A DNA stretch of 64,000 nucleotides from Candidatus Iainarchaeum sp. (GTDB taxonomy: Archaea; Iainarchaeota; Iainarchaeia; Iainarchaeales; JAXPJC01). A program made the translations under genes and the position numbers. This document shows positions 30,084 through 39,326 of this stretch, in pieces. A model generated the notes under the pieces. It was given only the letters and a program-made list of their open reading frames with translations. It was not told the origin of the DNA and ran no database searches. The number at the start of each line of letters is the position of its first letter. Position 1 is the first letter of the stretch. Location: NCBI GenBank assembly GCA_016187745.1, contig JACPJC010000006.1, positions 115,682 through 179,681 on the forward strand, given 5' to 3'.

Positions 30084-30127
30084 ATGCGTTAGGATGTAAT
30101 TAATCAGGAATTTGGAGTTGGAAAATA

Positions 30128-33007
30128 TTGCACAACAAAGATAGCAGATTCCCATTATTTTGCTTGCTGGTTGCGCTGTTTGCAATTGTTCTATTCCAGG
30201 GCGTTTCCGCTGTTTATTCCTGGAACCTGCAGTCAAGCACTGGAACTGCAACGGCATGGAGCAACCACAAATACTTGGCAAGGGCCGATGAGAATACGCT
30301 CTATGCAATATTTGTAAGCGACAACAATGTTTATTTCACCCGCTCAACAAATGACGGGATTGACTGGAATGCGCCTGTACTGATCAGTACACTAAAGAAG
30401 GGGGTTAGGGAGCCTTCTGTTAATCCCTCAATTTTGCTGGATTCAAGCAATGTGCTGCATGTTGTGTGGCAGGACTGGTATTACAGTGACCAAAGTAAAA
30501 ATTGGGAGATTTTCTACAGGAGCTGCGACACAGCGCTTGCTGATTGCACCAATGCAGGCAACTGGAGCGCAATAACAGACATAAGCAATGATGCTGCTGA
30601 AAATAATTATCCGCTGATGGCAATTGATTCAGGCAATGCCAAGCATGTGATATGGCAGCAGAATAGGGAAATTTATTACACAAAGTGCTCATCAAACTGC
30701 AATGTTGCGGGCAATTGGAGCGCTGCGGTAAATGTGAGCAATACGGCAACAGAATCATACAATCCCTCAATAGTTGTAACATCCGACAGGAACGTTGGGA
30801 TTGTCTGGGAAGAAGTGACAACTCCTGAAGAGATTTATTACAAGACCTGCGCCTCTGCAACAGCAGATTGCTCAAGCTTCTCTAACTGGAGCGCTGCGGT
30901 AAATGTGAGCAATGATGCAAACGAATCCTTCTACGCAAGGGCCGTTGTTGATTCCGCGGACAGGACGCATATTGTATGGAGCGAAACCGGCGATGATTTC
31001 TCTAGCTCTTATACGCTTTACAAATCCTGCGCGGGCGCCTGCGGAAACGCAGCAAAATGGAAAAACAAGGCGCTGGTGAGCGACTGGAACTCCGGGAAAT
31101 TGAATGAGGATGCGTTTATCATTACGGATTCCAGCAACAGGGCGCACATATTCTGGCTTGAGACTGCAAATGGCATTGGGAACATAAGATACAGGACAAG
31201 AACTTCTGCAGGCACTTGGGGCGCAATAACAGAGCTTACAAATGATTTGAGCATTGGCTATTTGGGAATCACATGCAATTACGCTGATTTCAATCCTGCT
31301 GCGAATTACGAGAAGCTTGATTGCGTGTGGACAAACAAATCAAACAGCAAGCTAGTGTATTTTGCAATAACAAAGGAGCCTGTTCCGATAAGCGTTCCGG
31401 GCGACCAGGGAAAGCTGCTGCCAACGCATACATATCTGACAGTAAATCCCACAAACCTTTCAAGCGCAACCCCGGCAGGCGCAAACACCATAACCGTAAC
31501 TGAATTCAGCATTTACTCCCCCTATACATTCGGTGCCGGAACCCTGCTCCCGTGGTATTACGTAATCAACAGCACCCTTAACAACTACACATTCACAATA
31601 CGGCTTGTTGTTTCATATTTGGACAGGGACAATGACGGCTATGAGGACATAACAGGAAGGGATGAGAATACGCTTGCGGTTGCGTATTGGGACAATGGCC
31701 AATGGACAACAGTAAGCGGCTCTGTGAACCAAACAAACAACTATATCCTTATAACAACAGACCATTTCTCAACATTTTCGCTGGTTTCGCTTGACAATCC
31801 TGAGCCGCAGCTGGCTGTTGCAACCCTGAGTGTCACTCCAAAGAAGAAAAATATCAGGGAGGACAGTAAATTTGATTTTGTTGTGCATGTTACGGGCGCC
31901 GGGGATTTGAGTGCATTTGCAAACGCAACAAGCGCAACATTCAGCAATGGCGCTTATGCGCTTACTGGAATAAATTATGATGCTGCAAATAACCAGCTTG
32001 ACATGAAGATTGATGCGGGAGTACTGGAAGAAAACATTTATGAATTTGAGCTGCTCTCAATAGATGGCACAAAGTTCAGCACAAATCTGGATTCTGCAAC
32101 AGTCTTCAGGCCAGGGCCTGGCCTTTCCTCTGCAAAAAAAAAACTAATTTCCCCGGGGATAACCCCTGATATGCTGTTCTACCCCTTCAAAAGGCTCTTT
32201 GAGAACTTGGACCTTCTTTTCACATTTGAAAAGGCGCAAAGGATAGAGAAGCATGCGCACTATGCGGAACTCAGGCTGAGCGAGGCTGTTGCCATGGTCG
32301 AGGCGGATAAGCCCGAATATGTCGATGCCCTGCTTGAGCAGTACGTATATAACATGTCCGCATCAAACAAGGAGTTCAAGGAGGTTGAGGATCTCGCAGA
32401 CATGTATCCGGATCTGAGCGAGCTGCTTGCTGAAGCAACTGCAATACATTTGCGTGTCATTGGGGAAGTTTCAGGAAATGTTTCCAAAGCAGCACAGGAC
32501 ACATTGGATAGGGTTGAGGACATCTCATCAATCGGGCATGAGCAGGCGGTAAAAACCCTTGCAAAAGAAAATCCTGCAAAGGCCGCGGATATTGTAATAG
32601 GCGCCGGCATTGATGCCCTTGACAAGGCAGTTTCTGCCACCGGAGAGATGAAAGAGGGCGAGGCCAAAAAGAACATTGAATCATTTGAGAGGCATCTGCA
32701 AACAGCGGGTGAAATAATCCAGGCCGCAGGAGAATCCGGGAAGGAAACAACAAGTGCAGAGAGGGCAATTGCTGTTGTGGCAGCAGAGAGCATTGAAAAG
32801 CTGCTTCAGATACATGATGAAAGTTCCTCTGGCACAACAAGGGAAGCGGCGGAAAACGCAATAATAAACGCGCTTGAAGAGCACAGCAGGGCTGTTACTG
32901 CACTTGAGGACAAGAGCGAAGAGGCAAAGGAGAAATCAGCAATCCCAAGCGAGATTAGGGAAAAAATTGAAAGGATAAAAGAAGAAGTGGGAAATAGGGC
33001 AAAATAG
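30128..33007 (+). CDS. Secreted BNR/sialidase-like propeller with a DUF5667-like helical C-terminus
   Basis: Asp-box TRSTNDGIDW, repeated HVVW...EIYY...W motifs, DHFSTF, PGITPD..FYPFKR..E..DL and AELRLSEA. Confidence 0.75.
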   Translation: MHNKDSRFPLFCLLVALFAIVLFQGVSAVYSWNLQSSTGTATAWSNHKYLARADENTLYAIFVSDNNVYFTRSTNDGIDWNAPVLISTLKKGVREPSVNPSILLDSSNVLHVVWQDWYYSDQSKNWEIFYRSCDTALADCTNAGNWSAITDISNDAAENNYPLMAIDSGNAKHVIWQQNREIYYTKCSSNCNVAGNWSAAVNVSNTATESYNPSIVVTSDRNVGIVWEEVTTPEEIYYKTCASATADCSSFSNWSAAVNVSNDANESFYARAVVDSADRTHIVWSETGDDFSSSYTLYKSCAGACGNAAKWKNKALVSDWNSGKLNEDAFIITDSSNRAHIFWLETANGIGNIRYRTRTSAGTWGAITELTNDLSIGYLGITCNYADFNPAANYEKLDCVWTNKSNSKLVYFAITKEPVPISVPGDQGKLLPTHTYLTVNPTNLSSATPAGANTITVTEFSIYSPYTFGAGTLLPWYYVINSTLNNYTFTIRLVVSYLDRDNDGYEDITGRDENTLAVAYWDNGQWTTVSGSVNQTNNYILITTDHFSTFSLVSLDNPEPQLAVATLSVTPKKKNIREDSKFDFVVHVTGAGDLSAFANATSATFSNGAYALTGINYDAANNQLDMKIDAGVLEENIYEFELLSIDGTKFSTNLDSATVFRPGPGLSSAKKKLISPGITPDMLFYPFKRLFENLDLLFTFEKAQRIEKHAHYAELRLSEAVAMVEADKPEYVDALLEQYVYNMSASNKEFKEVEDLADMYPDLSELLAEATAIHLRVIGEVSGNVSKAAQDTLDRVEDISSIGHEQAVKTLAKENPAKAADIVIGAGIDALDKAVSATGEMKEGEAKKNIESFERHLQTAGEIIQAAGESGKETTSAERAIAVVAAESIEKLLQIHDESSSGTTREAAENAIINALEEHSRAVTALEDKSEEAKEKSAIPSEIREKIERIKEEVGNRAK

Positions 33008-33042
33008 GAAAGAAATTAAGATTATCCTGTAATAGTGTAAAT

Positions 33043-33633
33043 ATGCTTTCTGCTGCAGACGGCAAGGAATTTGTGAGAGTTGCGCGGAAGAGCGTTGCAT
33101 ATTATCTGCATACTGGCGCACTGCTTAAAGAGGCAAGCCCTGATGCACGCTATAATGAGAAGCGCGGTGTTTTTGTAACGCTGCATTCCTTTCCTGAAAG
33201 GGAATTGCGCGGGTGCATTGGATACCCTGAACCCGTTGCTCCTCTTTGGCGCGCAATAATCGAGAATGCGGTGAATGCTGCATTTTCTGACCCGAGGTTT
33301 GCGCCATTGCAGGCGAATGAGCTTGAGAAAATCATAATTGAGGTTTCAGTGCTTACAAAGCCAGTTGCAATGCGCTGTGAGAGGAATGTGCTCCCAAAAA
33401 AAATAAAAATCGGGAAGGACGGGCTGATTATAAGGAAGGGCTTTAATTCCGGATTGCTGCTTCCCCAAGTGGCAAGCGAATTGAAATGGAATTCAGAGCA
33501 GTTCCTGTGCGCGCTCTGCGGAAAGGCAGGATTGAATGAAAGCGCGTGGAAGGATGAGAAGGCGGAAATATGCACATTCCAATCGCAGATATTTGCAGAG
33601 GAAAGGCCTAATGGGAGGATTATAAAATATTAA
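33043..33633 (+). CDS. AMMECR1-domain protein
   Basis: GVFVT, LRGCIG, AAFSDPRF, GLLLPQVA, LCGKAG. Confidence 0.93.
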   Translation: MLSAADGKEFVRVARKSVAYYLHTGALLKEASPDARYNEKRGVFVTLHSFPERELRGCIGYPEPVAPLWRAIIENAVNAAFSDPRFAPLQANELEKIIIEVSVLTKPVAMRCERNVLPKKIKIGKDGLIIRKGFNSGLLLPQVASELKWNSEQFLCALCGKAGLNESAWKDEKAEICTFQSQIFAEERPNGRIIKY

Positions 33634-33643
33634 TGATTTTATT

Positions 33644-34768
33644 TCAGCCAAGCATTGACTGCCCCTTCGACCATCTCTCGGATATTTCGCTTGCGGACAA
33701 GGCCCTGTTGTGCACTGCAAGCTCATCAACCTTGCCGTCGAAATTTGTTGAGGTTCCGCCTCCGCCGGAGCCGATGTAAAGGTTCTTGGTCAGCGCGGGG
33801 TTTATTGGGCCTGTGTAAGCCTGTGCCGTTCCTTCAGCGCCATCAACATAAATTCTGATATAGTTGCCATCATAAGTGCCAACAATATAGCTCCACTTTC
33901 CAATATAAGTGGAAGAGGGGAACTGCTTGTACGCGCTGCTCAGGTTGTTTTCAACGCTGAATCTTATTTTCTCAGGCCCGAACCACACCCCATAGCCCTC
34001 AAACAGCCCGCCGAGGAATTTGCCAACGGGGGACCTATCTTGGACTATGGCATCAGGATTTATCCATGCCTCAACCGTGATTTTATCCGTAATGTTAAGG
34101 CTTGCGCCATTGCCGCAATCGGCCTGGCTATATAGATTGCCACCAGGATCAGAAATGAATTCCAGACCGCCGCCAAATGCCCCGCTGACCCAGAATACAT
34201 TAGCAGGATTCCATAGCAGGCAGTCATTGTGATTTGAAGTTGCATCAAACAGATTATCCCCCGAGCCCTCATTGAAGTGCCATAATGCAACCGTATTCGC
34301 ATCAGGCTGCATTAGTTCAGTTCCTGCAGCCCTCTGGCTTGCCTTCCCCACACATGTGATTTTCTCATAATGCCTTCCATACCTGCCCCGCTTATAGCTT
34401 ACTGTTATTTCCCCCTTGTACGTGTCTCCTGCCTTTTTTGTTGTCTGGCCTGAAACCTTGAAGAAATTCCCTTCCAGGACTGTGTTTGCGCTTATTGCCC
34501 CCTGCCCTGAGAAATCCCCGCTGAAGCTTGCTTCAAGCTCTGTTATCCTATAGCCTGTGCCATTTGCGAGATATAGCGAGAAATAGCCGTTGTGGTCCAT
34601 TGTATGGTCATTATATGCGAGAAACTGCGAGCCCGTGCAATATTCTGCGCTTGGCGCATTCAATATGCCCATAAAAACAAGCACTCCAACCACTATCGCT
34701 ATTATGACCAATGCAAAGCCATAGGTTGTTAAGTATTCCAGGGCCGCCTGCCCTTTGTTTTTGCGCAT
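33644..34768 (-). CDS. Pilin-LamG fusion
   Basis: KG|QAALEY class III signal, shared pilin domain, one LamG (WHFNEG...VDELAVHNRAL). Confidence 0.87.
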   Translation of the reverse strand: MRKNKGQAALEYLTTYGFALVIIAIVVGVLVFMGILNAPSAEYCTGSQFLAYNDHTMDHNGYFSLYLANGTGYRITELEASFSGDFSGQGAISANTVLEGNFFKVSGQTTKKAGDTYKGEITVSYKRGRYGRHYEKITCVGKASQRAAGTELMQPDANTVALWHFNEGSGDNLFDATSNHNDCLLWNPANVFWVSGAFGGGLEFISDPGGNLYSQADCGNGASLNITDKITVEAWINPDAIVQDRSPVGKFLGGLFEGYGVWFGPEKIRFSVENNLSSAYKQFPSSTYIGKWSYIVGTYDGNYIRIYVDGAEGTAQAYTGPINPALTKNLYIGSGGGGTSTNFDGKVDELAVHNRALSASEISERWSKGQSMLG

Positions 34769-34860
34769 TTGCGGAATATATGGAAATTGGGCTATATTAA
34801 GATATTGATGCTGCCGGCAGGGGAAAATAATTTAATGCCCGTAGCTTTAATGTGATGCAG

Positions 34861-35442
34861 CTATTCGCCTGATACGCATTTTCCTGAAACGCATTTGGGA
34901 TTTGGACCCGGGGCGCATAAATCTATTATTGTTGAGCACTGCCGGGTGTATGTGTCCATCTTATTATAGAACGGCTCTTTATCAATGGCTTTATTTATGA
35001 AATGGTAGCAGCCGAATTCAATGTAGCTGCCGCCCAGAATAAGGACATCGCAGTCAGCATCTTCAGAGCAATAGTTTGATTCATCAATATCATTCTCTAT
35101 CTCATCATGCATGCTCTGGCATGAGCTTTCAACATTCAAATCAATTCCTTCCCTGCAGGCATTCAAATCTATTAAGAGCTTGTCATTCTGCTCATTGAGG
35201 AGTTTTGTGAGTGTTTGAAGGGAATCGTTTTCCGCAATGAACTGCTTGTTGAGAAGCGGCTCAACATACTGGTGCTGGACGAAGCTGCCGATTACAATCC
35301 CGATAATGAGAAGGAACAGCATGAAGATTCTTGTTGCGCTGAAAAGTCCAGGGGAGGATTTGCGCCTGAACCTGCGCGCATCCCCTTCAGAATCGTCATC
35401 CTCATATTTGCTTGAAACATCGCGCAGGTCCATTTTGCTCAT
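34861..35442 (-). CDS. Single-TM protein with a Cys-rich C-terminal domain
   Basis: One TM helix, short coiled coil, CSEDADC...CVSGKC. Confidence 0.7.
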   Translation of the reverse strand: MSKMDLRDVSSKYEDDDSEGDARRFRRKSSPGLFSATRIFMLFLLIIGIVIGSFVQHQYVEPLLNKQFIAENDSLQTLTKLLNEQNDKLLIDLNACREGIDLNVESSCQSMHDEIENDIDESNYCSEDADCDVLILGGSYIEFGCYHFINKAIDKEPFYNKMDTYTRQCSTIIDLCAPGPNPKCVSGKCVSGE

Positions 35443-36392
35443 TCCTCAAATTTTATTTTCCTTTTGGTTTTGCCGTTCCAGAGCAGCGCTACCCTGCTCT
35501 TTTCATCGGCATCTGCAAATTTATAGCCAAGGTGCTTATTAAGTTTTTCTGAGAACTCCTTCACTTCGGCGAATGTTGGCATGTTCTCCCGCTGCAGGCG
35601 CAGCCTTGAGAAGCCCACATGCATATAGCTCTTCAGCTCAACAAAATCCGGATTCGCTTTTTCAATCAGCGCGGCGTATTCCTTTTCCGAATGCATGTTC
35701 ATCCCCTTAATGAGGGTTATGCGCACTGCCTTGCGGGTTTTCAGCTCCGGGAAAAGCTCAAGGGTCTCATTGAATCTTTTCCAGGAATCCCTTATTATGG
35801 GCTGGTTTATTTTTTTGTGCAGCGCCTCATCCGGGGCGGAAAGCGAAACATACAACTGAGTGGGCAGCTTCATTTTTTCAAGCACTTGCGGATTTGCGCC
35901 GTTTGTAACAAGGAATGTGGAAAGGCCTGATTTTTTGCATTCTGAAACCAGTTCCGAGATTTTTGGATAGGCTGTTGGCTCTCCTGCAAGGGAAATTGCA
36001 ACGTGCCTGGGGTTCTGCGCCTCCAATAATTTTTTCTTTCCAATGCTTTCAATCAGGCTGCCGAAGCCCGAGAGGAGAATGCGCTGCTGCTTTATGGTTT
36101 CCTGTACAATTTCCTTCGGGGAATCGAATCCATCCATTGCGCTCCCTGTTGTATTGAGCGGGCGCCAGCAGTAAAGGCATTTCTGCGTGCAGAAGGCGAC
36201 CGCAGGGCTGAACTGAATGCAGCGATGGCTTTCAATTCCGTAGAATTTGTTCTTGTAGCAGTACTGGTTTTTTGTCAGCGCTGCCTTAGTCCAGTGGCAG
36301 AGCTTCACAGCGGAGTGCCCGAAGAGCGCATAATGCTGCTTCCGCAGGGTTGAAATCAAATCATCCGGCATATAATGCGAAGGGGCTTTCAT
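35439..36392 (-). CDS. taw1: 4-demethylwyosine synthase (radical SAM)
   Basis: HSAVKLCHW, CYKNKFYGIESHRC, CTQKCLYCWR, SLAGEP, ELKSYMHVG. Confidence 0.95.
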   Translation of the reverse strand: MKAPSHYMPDDLISTLRKQHYALFGHSAVKLCHWTKAALTKNQYCYKNKFYGIESHRCIQFSPAVAFCTQKCLYCWRPLNTTGSAMDGFDSPKEIVQETIKQQRILLSGFGSLIESIGKKKLLEAQNPRHVAISLAGEPTAYPKISELVSECKKSGLSTFLVTNGANPQVLEKMKLPTQLYVSLSAPDEALHKKINQPIIRDSWKRFNETLELFPELKTRKAVRITLIKGMNMHSEKEYAALIEKANPDFVELKSYMHVGFSRLRLQRENMPTFAEVKEFSEKLNKHLGYKFADADEKSRVALLWNGKTKRKIKFEE

Positions 36393-36538
36393 AATGAATT
36401 TGGGCAGGGAAACATTAAAACCCTTATGTATAATCGTGAATTTGCGCATTTTTCGGAGCAATTTCCTGAAAAGAGAGAAAACTTTATAAATATGTTATTA
36501 GATTATAGGTATGAATTATAAATTCGGGGTGAAATTCA

Positions 36539-36802
36539 ATGTACAAATACACAATTGCAAGGCAGCTTGCAACAAAGCGCGTCATTACCAACAGGGGAGA
36601 TGAGGTTGGAAAACTGGTGGATCTTCTCGTGAATGAGACAACAGGTGAAATTGAATACCTGCTTGTTGAGATAGACAGGGAGAGCAAGGTAATAAAGCGC
36701 ATAGGCGCGCACGAGAGGCAGCTGCAAATCCCATACTCTGCGGTAACAGCAGTAAGCGACGTTTTCATAGTGGATGAGCGCGAGCTTGCAAAAGCAGAAT
36801 GA
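36539..36802 (+). CDS. PRC-barrel protein (CdpB-like)
   Basis: KRVITNRGDEVGKLVDL.VNETTGEIEYLLV...IPYSAVTAVSDVFIV. Confidence 0.85.
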   Translation: MYKYTIARQLATKRVITNRGDEVGKLVDLLVNETTGEIEYLLVEIDRESKVIKRIGAHERQLQIPYSAVTAVSDVFIVDERELAKAE

Positions 36803-36889
36803 ACTGGAATGCAAAAAGCGTTATATTTATAAGTCCTACCCTTTATCTACTTACTAATTATTATTTTGCTTGCGTGCGGAGGAATATCC

Positions 36890-37186
36890 ATGGCGAAGAA
36901 AAAGAAGGCCAAACCTGCAAAGCCCAGGAAAACAAAGAAGAAGGGCAAGGTTGCAAGGAAAACCAGGAAAGCGGTTAAGAAGAGGGCTAAGCCCGGGAAG
37001 GCAAAAAATGCCTCTAAGAAGGCCGGGAAGAGGGCAAGGAAGATTGCTGTTGTTGAGGTGCCTGCCGAAGGAAAGGCCCAGGAAGAGGAGGATTATGCCG
37101 GAGCCCCCGAAGAGGAGCTTCCAGGGGGGGCAACAGGGGAAAGCTACGAGCAGCCGGATTATGAGGAATGGGAAGAAGAGGAATAG
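36890..37186 (+). CDS. Small protein with a Lys/Ala-rich N-half and an acidic C-half
   Basis: GGAGG RBS, purine-rich ORF, followed by a hairpin and T-run. Confidence 0.7.
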   Translation: MAKKKKAKPAKPRKTKKKGKVARKTRKAVKKRAKPGKAKNASKKAGKRARKIAVVEVPAEGKAQEEEDYAGAPEEELPGGATGESYEQPDYEEWEEEE

Positions 37187-37228
37187 GCGCCTTCTGCCCT
37201 TTTTTGTTTTTCCTGTTTTATTTTTTTA
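37187..37228 (+). terminator. Probable T-rich terminator
   Basis: Runs of T directly after the stop codon, between convergent genes. Confidence 0.45.
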
Positions 37229-37234
37229 ATATTA

Positions 37235-38380
37235 TTATTCCAGTTCCACAACAAGCCTTTTGTCCTTGAGATTCAGCTTTGGGGAGAGTTTTGCTATCTT
37301 AGGATTGGATTTTGCCAGATTATACATAACATCTTCCGGATTCCTTTTTTCAGAAATCGCGCGCTTAATTTCCTCAGCAATGCTGTTAAGGAGCGCATAA
37401 TTCCTGTAAATCAGCTCTGCCGCCATCCTGCTGGATTCAATCTCAGCCTCATAAGACTTTTGCGCAGCCCCCTGCCGCCCTATGCTGAATTCAATCTGGG
37501 CAAGCGCCTTTCCTGTTCTCTCATTCTGCTGCCTTTCCGCAGCAGCAACAGGGATTTTGTTGAAGCGCTCGTCAAAGAACTTATTAAGCGAGGGAACTCC
37601 TGCGGAATTGGAAGGGGGAACTGATTTTAGGGGAAAGGGAACTATTAGGGAATGCTCTGCGGTTTTTATTGCAGCCGGGGCAAGTTTTTTTGCATCTATT
37701 GCGTGGAGGGAACGAATCTCCGCATACAGCGCGGTTATTTCTTTAGCGCTTAGCGAGCCTCCCGTTCTGTCCACTGAAAGCCCCGCCCTGAAGCAGGCTT
37801 CTCCGGCGATGATTGGGGAAATGTTCATTTTCGGAACAAGGGTTTTTATAATCCCTGAAGCGCTTCCCTTAAGCAGCGCGGCAAGCCCGGATTCTGAAAT
37901 TGCCTCGGCCCCCAACCCCTTTGCCTTGGGAAATTCATAGGGGGCATTCCTTTCAGTTCTCCTGTCCTTCAGCAATTCCCTCCTGTAGGGCAGGAGGATT
38001 TTGTTGCTTTTGTCTGTAAGGATCATATTTCCCTTTGCAAAAAGCTCAAGTATCAGATTGCAGCCCGCGAATTCCATTATGCATAGCCTGTCCAGATTGT
38101 GCTGCCTGAAGGAAATGATGCGCCTGTTCAGCAGATGCTTCTTCAGGAACTGCGCATAGGGGCTTTCCTTCTGGGGGGCATTGAACTTATAGGAGGTAAG
38201 GTAGAAAATTTCCGGCCTTATTATGAGATCGGCGCTGCCCTTTTCCTTAATGTGCAGGCGGAAGCGGAACACTCCCCTGTCAATCTCCTGGATTTTATTT
38301 ATGAAGGCGCCGCTTATTGAGGCGCCTATCTCAAGGAGCAAGTATGCGATTGTCAAGTTTGGAATCTGGATTTCCGGCAT
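37235..38380 (-). CDS. NFACT/Rqc2 family protein, N-terminal part only
   Basis: LKKHL, LDR, LILELFAKGNMIL, HhH and coiled coil; no NFACT-R domain visible. Confidence 0.82.
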   Translation of the reverse strand: MPEIQIPNLTIAYLLLEIGASISGAFINKIQEIDRGVFRFRLHIKEKGSADLIIRPEIFYLTSYKFNAPQKESPYAQFLKKHLLNRRIISFRQHNLDRLCIMEFAGCNLILELFAKGNMILTDKSNKILLPYRRELLKDRRTERNAPYEFPKAKGLGAEAISESGLAALLKGSASGIIKTLVPKMNISPIIAGEACFRAGLSVDRTGGSLSAKEITALYAEIRSLHAIDAKKLAPAAIKTAEHSLIVPFPLKSVPPSNSAGVPSLNKFFDERFNKIPVAAAERQQNERTGKALAQIEFSIGRQGAAQKSYEAEIESSRMAAELIYRNYALLNSIAEEIKRAISEKRNPEDVMYNLAKSNPKIAKLSPKLNLKDKRLVVELE

Positions 38381-38402
38381 AGAATAAGTATGCACAACGC
38401 AG

Positions 38403-39257
38403 TTAATATATTTTGTTTATTTGGTGCAGTACCGCGACTTTAATCAGTTTTGCAAGGGTTTTGTTTAGTGTTTTAAAATTGGCATTTGTGTTTTTGTTTA
38501 ATGTGGATAGCGCATTTGATGTTTTTGCCTGCGAGGACTTTGAATTTGTGGTTATGCTTCTGCCTATTTGTTTCATTTCTGCAGAGATTTTCCCATAAGT
38601 CCTATCCAATCTGTTGAAATTGGTTTTTGTGTCATCTTTGAGCTCTTCAATATTGCGGTCAATCCGGTCAAGCTTGTCAAGCTTGCTGTTTGTTGAATCT
38701 GCCTTGCAAATCAGGCCGTCCAGTTTTGAGTTTGTCATATCTGCTTTTGAAATCAGTCCGCCTAACTTGTCCAGTTTTGAGTTTGTTGCATCTGCTTTTG
38801 CAGCCAATTCATCAAGCATATTCAGCTTTTCAAGCTTTTGGTTTGTCAGCTCAGTTTTTGCATCAACCCCCTTCAGGGTTTTATTCATGCTGTTCAGGAT
38901 GCGTGATGCAATTTCAGTCCTTTCCAGCATTTCCCCGGAAAAGTTTTTTTCTGCCCCATAATCCACTTCAAAAAAATCAGGCCAGAATTCCGGCTCTGAA
39001 TAGCCTTTCTGGTTTTCAAAAAATACAGCGGTCTTTTCAACATGCAGGCTCAGCGGGTCTTCCCTGCCTTCCTTTACATCAATCTTTTCCGCAAATTTTT
39101 CTATTGCTGGTTTGCGCGCTTTGCAGTATATTTCAACATTCCCGCCAGGCAGATTCCTTACAAGCCCGGAAATTTGCATGTTCCTTGCTGTCTGCCTTGC
39201 ATAGGCGCGGAACCCAACTCCCTGCACATTCCCATAAACAAGGATTCTTGCTTTCAT
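38403..39257 (-). CDS. Second acylphosphatase-coiled-coil fusion
   Basis: GNVQGVGFR, GLVRNLPGGNV; KAD.TNSKLD repeats. Confidence 0.85.
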   Translation of the reverse strand: MKARILVYGNVQGVGFRAYARQTARNMQISGLVRNLPGGNVEIYCKARKPAIEKFAEKIDVKEGREDPLSLHVEKTAVFFENQKGYSEPEFWPDFFEVDYGAEKNFSGEMLERTEIASRILNSMNKTLKGVDAKTELTNQKLEKLNMLDELAAKADATNSKLDKLGGLISKADMTNSKLDGLICKADSTNSKLDKLDRIDRNIEELKDDTKTNFNRLDRTYGKISAEMKQIGRSITTNSKSSQAKTSNALSTLNKNTNANFKTLNKTLAKLIKVAVLHQINKIY

Positions 39258-39326
39258 TGCAAATAATAAGAAGTGAAGCTTATTTAAATACTTGCTTATT
39301 TTACGATTATTGACGATTTATATAAA

